DNA from: Bugula neritina
Lineage: Eukaryota > Animalia > Bryozoa
DNA: 64,000 bases
NCBI GenBank assembly: GCA_964035545.1
Contig: OZ037765.1
Coordinates: forward strand, 15,262,698 to 15,326,697
Reading direction: 5' to 3'
The notes under the pieces were generated by a model. It had not been told where the DNA came from, made no database searches, and saw nothing but the letters and a program-made list of their open reading frames with translations. Positions 61,501-64,000 of this stretch are shown piece after piece; the stretch's first letter is position 1; every line of letters begins with the position of its first letter. The position numbers and the translations under genes were made by a program.

Positions 61501-64000
61501 TGCTGAAATACGCTGTAACGTACTGAAATACACTGCAACATACTGCAACATAATGAAATATACTATAACACACTGGAATTAACTGCAAAATACTGAAATA
61601 TACTGTAACATACTGAAACATACTGCAACATACCGAAATAACTGTAACATACTGAAACATACTGCAAGATACTGCAATGTACTGAAATACATGCACTGTA
61701 ACATACTGAAATACACTGCAACATACTGCAACATACTGACATACACTGGAACATACTGAAATACACTGCAACATACTGAAATATAATGCAAGTTACTACA
61801 ACATACTGAAATACACTGTGACATACTAAGATACACTGCAACATACTGCAACATACTGAAATGCACTGTAACATATTGAAATACACTGCAACACCTTGAA
61901 ATATGTTGCAACACACTGAAAGATACGGCAACATACTGAAATATACTGCGACACATTGAAATATACTGCAGCATACTGAAATATGCTGTAGCATACTGAA
62001 ATACACTGCAACACACTGAAGTATACTGTAATATACAGAAATGTACTCAAACATACTGAAACATTGGTCAACATACTGAAATGTACTGCAACATGCTGAA
62101 ATACACTGCAACATACTGAAATACACTGTAATATACTGAATTACACTGCAACATACTGCAACATACTGAAATACGCTGTAACATATTGAATTACGCTGCA
62201 ATACATTTAAATTTACTGCAACGCACTGAAACATACTGCAACATACTGAAATATACTGCAACATATCGAAGTATATTGTAATATACAGATCCGTATTGTA
62301 ACATACTGAAACATACTGAAAGCTACAGAAATATACTTCAACATACTGAATTATACTGCAACATACTGCAACATACTGAATTACACTGTAACATACTGAA
62401 ATACACTGCAACATACTGCAACATACTGAAATACATTGGAACATATTGAAATACACTGCAACAAATTGAAATAAACTGCAACACATTGAAACATACGCCA
62501 ACATACTGAAATATACTGTAACACATTGAAAAACATTGCAACATACTGCAACATACCGAATTACGCTCCAACACATTGAAAGATAATGCAAAATACTGAA
62601 GCATACGGCAACATACTGAACTATACTGCAAGACATTGAAAGATACTGCAACATACTGAAATATGCTGTAGAATACTGAAATACACTGCAACACACTGAA
62701 GTATACTCTAAAATAAAGAACTGTACTGTAAAATACTGAAACATACGACAACCTACTGAAATATACTGCAACATACTGAAATATACTTCAACATACTGAA
62801 ACATACCTAAAAATATTGAAATATACTGCAAGATACTGCAACATACTGAAATACACTGTGACATACTGAAATACACTGCAACATACTGCAACATACTGAC
62901 ATACACTGGAACATATTGAAATACACTGCAACAAATTGAAATAAACTGCAACACACTGAAACATACGCCAACATACTGAAATATACTGCAACACATTGGA
63001 ATAATCTGCAACATACCTAAATATACGGTAATATACTGAAATATACTGTTCACATTCAAAAACACTGCAACATACTGAAATATGCTGTAGCACACTGAAA
63101 TACACTGCAACTCACTGAAATATAGTGTAATATATAGAAATGTACTGTAACATACTGAAATATACTGTAACATACTGGAATACACTGTAGCATATTGAAA
63201 TACACTGCAACACCTTGAAATATGTTGCAACACACTGAAAGATACGGCAACATACTGAAATATACTGCGACACATTGAAATGTACTGCAGCATACTGAAA
63301 TATGCTGTAGCATACTGAAATACACTGCAACACACTGAAGTATACTGTAATATACAGAAATGTACTCAAACATACTGAAACATTGGTCAACATACTGAAA
63401 TGTACTGCAAAATGCTGAAATACACTGCAACACACTGAAAGGTACGGCAACATACTGAAGTATACTGCGACAGAATGAAATATACTGCAGCATACTGACT
63501 TACTCTGTAGCATACTGAAATGTACTGTAGCACACTGAAATATACTGCAACATACTGAAATACATTGTAACATACTGAAATAGAGTGCAACATACTGAAA
63601 TACACTGTAACATGCTGAAATATACTGCAACATACTGCAACATACTGAAATACACTGTAACATACTGAAATACACTGCAACATACTGCAACATACTGAAA
63701 TACACTGGAACATATTGAAACACACTACAACACATTGAAATATACTGCAACACACCGAAACATACAGCAACATACCGAAATATACTGCGACACATTGAAA
63801 TATACTGCAACATAGTCAAATACAATGCAAGATACCGTAACATTCTGAAATACACTGTGACATACTGAAATACACTGCAACATACTGCAACATACTGCAA
63901 CATACTGAATTACACTGTAACATACTGAAATACACTGCAACATACTGCAACATACTGAAATACATTGGAACATATTGAAATACACTGCAACAAATTGAAA
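49530..64000 (+). repeat. Higher-order tandem duplication with an 8136-bp unit (second copy truncated by the window edge)
   Basis: Offset 8136 (49719/57855, 51092/59228, 52261/60397) becomes 8135 after a 1-bp deletion at ~61241 (53428/61563, 55252/63387). The unit contains older internal repeats at offsets of ~2352 and 5533. Confidence 0.9.

Larger units (their letters stand above)
28901..64000 (+). repeat. Decameric tandem satellite, right arm (same family and orientation)
   Basis: Same monomers and many of the same diagnostic variant strings as the left arm, e.g. GTGTAGGATATTG at 30497, 35828, 37788, 42339 and 45759 versus 3011, 12317, 18399 and 24861. The array runs off the right edge. 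Confidence 0.98.

Noticed and set aside
299-63985. Hundreds of minus-strand Cys/Val/Tyr/Ser-rich ORFs of up to 597 aa
   Set aside because: The minus-strand consensus (AGTATGTTGC/AGTRTATTTC) has no stop triplet and supplies frequent ATGs. All three frames are open and overlapping with the same ~10-aa periodic text, which is a satellite artefact.
1-64000. CRISPR array or telomeric repeat
   Set aside because: There are no unique spacers between constant repeats and no cas genes. The monomers are heterogeneous, lack G-runs and show kb-scale duplication typical of satellite DNA.
1-64000. Identity with known short satellites (Drosophila AATAACATAG decamer; Parascaris TTGCA pentamer)
   Set aside because: Only 5-6 bp words are shared (AACATA, TTGCA), which is insufficient to infer homology, taxon or programmed DNA elimination.

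Overview
About 96% of this window is one eukaryotic-type tandem satellite in a single orientation. It is built from ~10-bp monomers (GCAACATACT/GTAACAYACT alternating with GAAATAYACT) and organised into nested, recently duplicated higher-order blocks with offsets of 1791, 6082, 7291 and 8136/8135 bp. All the minus-strand ORFs in the track are artefacts of this satellite. The only unique sequence is a 2554-bp insert (26347-28900) that looks like a non-autonomous cut-and-paste DNA transposon. It has CACAG...CTGTG termini and ~100-bp imperfect terminal inverted repeats (TIRs). Its 2-bp AA target-site duplication (TSD) can be checked against paralogous empty sites in the array. These features best fit the CMC (CACTA/EnSpm-Mirage-Chapaev) superfamily. 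The element has no internal ORF in the track but carries a tRNA-like RNA polymerase III cassette (A box, B box, T9 terminator) at about 27925-28005. No credible protein-coding gene is present, and the organism cannot be identified from the sequence.
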